Shown piece by piece: positions 38,414 to 41,042 of a stretch of 41,042 nucleotides of DNA (its first letter is position 1; each line of letters starts with the position of its first letter). The position numbers and the translations under genes are program-made. A model generated the notes under the pieces. It was not told the DNA's origin. It did no database searches and saw nothing but the letters and a program-made list of their open reading frames with translations. The stretch covers positions 1 through 41,042 of the IMG/VR virus record IMGVR_UViG_3300045988_015542, one strand, 5' to 3'. Source of the DNA: a virus.

Positions 38414-38640
38414 AGATAATCGTCCACGGTCATTGGATTATCCGTCCGTCCAAGCAGATAATCGACCGACACCCCGAACTTGTCGGCAATGCTTTCCAAT
38501 GCTTCCGTTGTGGGCGTAGCCTCTCCCGCCTCGTACCGCCTCACCGCGTCACGGTGCAGACCGCACAGTTCAGATAGAACATATTGCTTTATTCTCTTTC
38601 TCTCCCGTAAGCGCTTCAAGCGCTCGGGAAACGCGTTCAT
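38401..38640 (-). CDS. XRE-family HTH protein (last gene of the early operon)
   Basis: ATG at 38640 (MNAFPERLKRLRERKRIKQYVLSELCG...EAGEATPTTEALESIADKFGVSVDYLLG). ATGA overlap with the upstream gene. Confidence 0.75.
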   Translation of the reverse strand: MNAFPERLKRLRERKRIKQYVLSELCGLHRDAVRRYEAGEATPTTEALESIADKFGVSVDYLLGRTDNPMTVDDYLKKF

Positions 38641-38840
38641 GCCAGCACCTCCTCCGGTCGGAAACTCTCTTTGATCTCCTTGCCGTCTACCATGATCGCC
38701 ACGGTCACATAGCGTCTCTGCGGATGGATGTACGTCACCGCGCCGGTGCGGAGCGGGTACAGCTTTTCGCCGCGCGCCTTGCCCGGAAACTCCTCCGGCA
38801 CCGTCATAAACTGCGCCCGCACCTTGTCGCCTACTCTCAT
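38637..38840 (-). CDS. Small hypothetical protein (67 aa)
   Basis: ORF in track, translationally coupled on both sides. Confidence 0.55.
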   Translation of the reverse strand: MRVGDKVRAQFMTVPEEFPGKARGEKLYPLRTGAVTYIHPQRRYVTVAIMVDGKEIKESFRPEEVLA

Positions 38841-39052
38841 TCCGCACCTCCAAACGCCTGCTCAAAGGTCAACCCGCTCTCCCTCAGCAGCGCCTTGATG
38901 GTCTCGATGGTACGCGCATTATTTCCTGACAGCCACCACCAAACATTGCTGTACGAAATGCCTACCGCCTCGGCTAACGCCATTCTCGTCTGATTTTTCC
39001 GCAGCAAAGCCGATTGCAGCCGCGGATATACGCAATATGCGAATTCTGTCAT
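38837..39052 (-). CDS. HTH DNA-binding protein (71 aa)
   Basis: ATG at 39052 follows GGAGGAACGGAAAGAA. Contains QTRMALAEAVGISYSNVWWWLSG. Confidence 0.65.
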   Translation of the reverse strand: MTEFAYCVYPRLQSALLRKNQTRMALAEAVGISYSNVWWWLSGNNARTIETIKALLRESGLTFEQAFGGAE

Positions 39053-39237
39053 TTCTTTCCGTTCCTCCGTTTGTATCTCTGCTTTGACGCGGTGCGATAC
39101 CCCATGCACACCGCCTTTTCTTTCTGTGCTTCCTTCTCTCCGTGCTTGCGGCGCTCGTCCTCATCCTTCCACGCGGCGTACCGCTCGCATTCTGCGTGAC
39201 AGCCCACATGACGGTCGGGGCAGTTGAAACAGCTCAC
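39049..39237 (-). CDS. Small Cys/His-rich basic protein
   Basis: CFNCPDRHVGCHAEC motif followed by a K/R/E-rich tail. Confidence 0.5.
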   Translation of the reverse strand: MSCFNCPDRHVGCHAECERYAAWKDEDERRKHGEKEAQKEKAVCMGYRTASKQRYKRRNGKK

Positions 39238-39238
39238 G

Positions 39239-39466
39239 CTATCCCTCCTTGTACTCAGGGCAAGACTTGACGATGTAACTTGTCTCGTAGTGCTTTCTCT
39301 TTCGCGTTGTGTTCTGCGAATGCATCATTATTTTCGTTTTCTTCGCCTTCCAGCCTTTGACCGGCTCAAAGCGGAGCGTGTTCGTTTCGCTGTCGCGCCC
39401 CGACCAAGAGCAACCGCCGCAGGCGTTCTTGCAGGTCCAGCAGAGTGTTTCGCTTTGATTCGCCAT
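39239..39466 (-). CDS. Small Cys-rich protein (CWTCKNACGGCSW motif)
   Basis: ORF in track, abutting DUF1064. Confidence 0.55.
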   Translation of the reverse strand: MANQSETLCWTCKNACGGCSWSGRDSETNTLRFEPVKGWKAKKTKIMMHSQNTTRKRKHYETSYIVKSCPEYKEG

Positions 39467-39874
39467 TTACACTTCCTCCACCCAAATGCCGAATCGCTCC
39501 AGCATCAGTTTTTTCTTGATGATATAGTCCTTTGTCTTAAAGCCCTTTGCGTCCTCTACAATCGTTTTCCCGTCGCGGGTATACACGAAGTCGGCTATGT
39601 ATGTAACTGCCCTCACAGCGGCTCCTGTTGGCGTTCTCTGTGCCCCTACGAGCTTGTACGTCTGCTGCAGCTTCAAATCGTGTATTTCCCCCGCTTTCAG
39701 CAGCATCCGCAGCTCATCATAACGGTCTGCCTCGTGCTTGCTGTCAAACGTGATGCCATGCCGCACGGTTTTGCGGTTGTGGTACTTGCCCGTTTTCTGA
39801 GCAAGTACCTTTTCAACCACTTGTTTTTGTGCCGCAGGCCCGAGACGTGCAAGGTCAGATGCCGTCAGGCTCAT
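39467..39874 (-). CDS. DUF1064-family protein (putative endonuclease / Holliday junction resolvase-like)
   Basis: KYHNRKT..GITFDSKHEADRY..L..AGEI.DL..Q......YIADF.Y...G...VEDAKG.KT matches the DUF1064 signature. Confidence 0.8.
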   Translation of the reverse strand: MSLTASDLARLGPAAQKQVVEKVLAQKTGKYHNRKTVRHGITFDSKHEADRYDELRMLLKAGEIHDLKLQQTYKLVGAQRTPTGAAVRAVTYIADFVYTRDGKTIVEDAKGFKTKDYIIKKKLMLERFGIWVEEV

Positions 39875-39999
39875 TTCCCCCTCCCGTCTGTCACCATGAC
39901 CACGCGCACCTTGCCGAACTGCTCAAGCGCCATTGCGACGGCCTCCTTTGTGGCGAGCTTGTCGCCGTGGTCTTCGATGTCGATGATGATGCGGATCAT
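39871..39999 (-). CDS. Small hypothetical protein (42 aa)
   Basis: ATG at 39999 follows GGAGGGAGGACGC. ATGA overlaps on both sides. Confidence 0.45.
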   Translation of the reverse strand: MIRIIIDIEDHGDKLATKEAVAMALEQFGKVRVVMVTDGRGK

Positions 40000-40244
40000 G
40001 CGTCCTCCCTCCGCTCGCCGTAGCTGCAAAAATCGTCTTGCTGCATCAGTTGCCCACTTAAAGTGCAAAGAGCTTCGCCTGATGACGCCGAAAAGCTATT
40101 GGTATATGCATACTTGCAGTCCTTACAGCGCGTCACGACCACGGCATCCACGGTGGGAGCGTTTTCAATATCTGGTACTGTAAAATACGGTGTCGCGTTG
40201 CGGCTCAGGCGTGCGCAAAGTTTATCCGTGTCAATCAGCCTCAT
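39996..40244 (-). CDS. Small Cys-containing early protein
   Basis: ATG at 40244 follows GGAGGTGACGGCG. Contains CKDCKY...FCSYGERRE. Confidence 0.55.
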   Translation of the reverse strand: MRLIDTDKLCARLSRNATPYFTVPDIENAPTVDAVVVTRCKDCKYAYTNSFSASSGEALCTLSGQLMQQDDFCSYGERREDA

Positions 40245-40509
40245 CGCCGTCACCTCCATTTTCAATATCCATCTTCGCCCCGCAGTTGGGGCAGTAATGA
40301 TTTGCGCAGGCCATATGCTCTTTGATTCCGTGGTTGCAGTTGCTGCAAGCCTTGATTCCACGCCCGGCGTCTACCCACCGCCCATGCACCACGGGCGCAA
40401 CGTCGGCGGCGGGGATTTCCGAGAAAATGTCCACAAGGTCTGCCATTGGTACTTTAAAGATTCCCACGACTTTTTCTGCCGCTTCTACGGCACGAATGTA
40501 TTTAGCCAT
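40231..40509 (-). CDS. Small zinc-ribbon early protein
   Basis: ATG at 40509 follows GGAGGGCTGAAA. Contains CSNC...CPNCGAKMD. Confidence 0.55.
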   Translation of the reverse strand: MAKYIRAVEAAEKVVGIFKVPMADLVDIFSEIPAADVAPVVHGRWVDAGRGIKACSNCNHGIKEHMACANHYCPNCGAKMDIENGGDGDEAD

Positions 40510-40661
40510 TTTCAGCCCTCCTGTTCCATGCTTCTTTCGCTTTTGCGTAGGTGTTATAGCAAGGGATTTGTGCGTGACATTTCTCACAAATAACATAGGG
40601 TCTAAAGTATAGATACTGTACAGAAATTCTGTCGCAACCGCAGAACGGGCATGATTTCAAT

Positions 40662-41042
40662 TCAGGCATCCTTCATCCCCTCCAATGCCGCTTCCGCCTC
40701 CTCGCGGGTGAGGAATACGGTCTTGCCAAATGAGACAGGATTGACCCCGTACTGTTCTCTTAATCCATCTACTGTAGAAAATACAATGGTCGTAACATGA
40801 CTTCCAATGTTCGCAAATTCTATGACGCATTTGCGGGTGTGCCGCATCCCGTCAAGATTCGCCCACACCGTATCGCCCACCTTGCACGGCAGCACCACCA
40901 GCCGCCCGTCCTTGTCGGCCTCGGCCAGCTCGCGCAGGCGGGCAACGCCCTCCTGCTCCGCATCACGCATTACGATGTACCGTCCTTCCGCGTCTGCTCG
41001 CGCAAATTCGGCACAGCGTTCCGGCGTCAGCCCCGTGTCCTC
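40662..41042 (-). CDS. Hypothetical early protein, C-terminal part of the junction-spanning gene (see 1..247)
   Basis: ORF 40662..40970 is open to the window edge, and the same reading frame continues through the 94-bp repeat. Confidence 0.7.
   Translation of the reverse strand, partial: EDTGLTPERCAEFARADAEGRYIVMRDAEQEGVARLRELAEADKDGRLVVLPCKVGDTVWANLDGMRHTRKCVIEFANIGSHVTTIVFSTVDGLREQYGVNPVSFGKTVFLTREEAEAALEGMKDA
40949..41042. repeat. Exact 94-bp direct terminal repeat, copy 2
   Basis: Identical to 1-94. Confidence 0.95.

Noticed and set aside
1-41042. Search for CRISPR arrays, rRNA, reverse transcriptase/DGR, transposase/IS elements and toxin-antitoxin pairs
   Set aside because: No regularly spaced repeats were found. 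There are no RT (YxDD) or DDE motifs among the ORFs and no rRNA-like segments. The only mobile element seen is the homing endonuclease insertion.

Overview
The window is a complete, circularly closed genome of a temperate siphovirus-type phage or excised prophage. An exact 94-bp overlap (1-94 = 40949-41042) closes the circle, giving a unit length of 40,948 bp. Protein families (XkdW/XkdX-like, CD1375-like, holin_4, SPP1-type portal, gp7/MuF, DUF4355 scaffold) suggest a high-GC Clostridia-like Firmicute host; this is inference. Nearly all genes are on the minus strand and tightly packed, often with ATGA-type overlaps. Reading along the minus strand: (i) An early operon runs 8608->1 and wraps to 41042->38401. 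It holds Cro-like and Xis-like HTH proteins, a 3D-domain protein, YqaJ exonuclease, RecT, SSB, a replisome organizer with an internal iteron array, a DnaC-like loader, a circularly permuted C5 DNA methyltransferase, a PAPS-reductase-like protein, DUF1064 and many small Cys-rich or HTH proteins. (ii) A bidirectional terminator is followed by a ~620-nt gene-free, hairpin-rich region (37691-38312) with two tandem tRNA-like modules that have aberrant anticodon arms. (iii) The late operon runs 37690->16416: terS, terL, portal, a MuF/gp7-like gene split by an antisense AT-rich HNH/AP2 homing endonuclease, scaffold, HK97-type capsid with an Ig-like tail, neck proteins, major tail, chaperones, tape measure, Dit-like and Gly-rich tip proteins, two fibre modules, holin and two lysins. 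(iv) A moron cluster of low-complexity, membrane and Cys-rich proteins runs 16204->12961. (v) attP carries a tRNA-Ala(GGC) 3' fragment flanked by four GTCGGTAAC arm repeats. (vi) Plus-strand lysogeny and accessory genes include a membrane-anchored HTH, a tyrosine integrase, and an AT-rich operon (DUF4177, TM-extended YidD-like, XRE regulator, TM protein). No CRISPR array, rRNA, reverse transcriptase or canonical tRNA was found. All family assignments rest on motif recognition by eye and need HMM confirmation.
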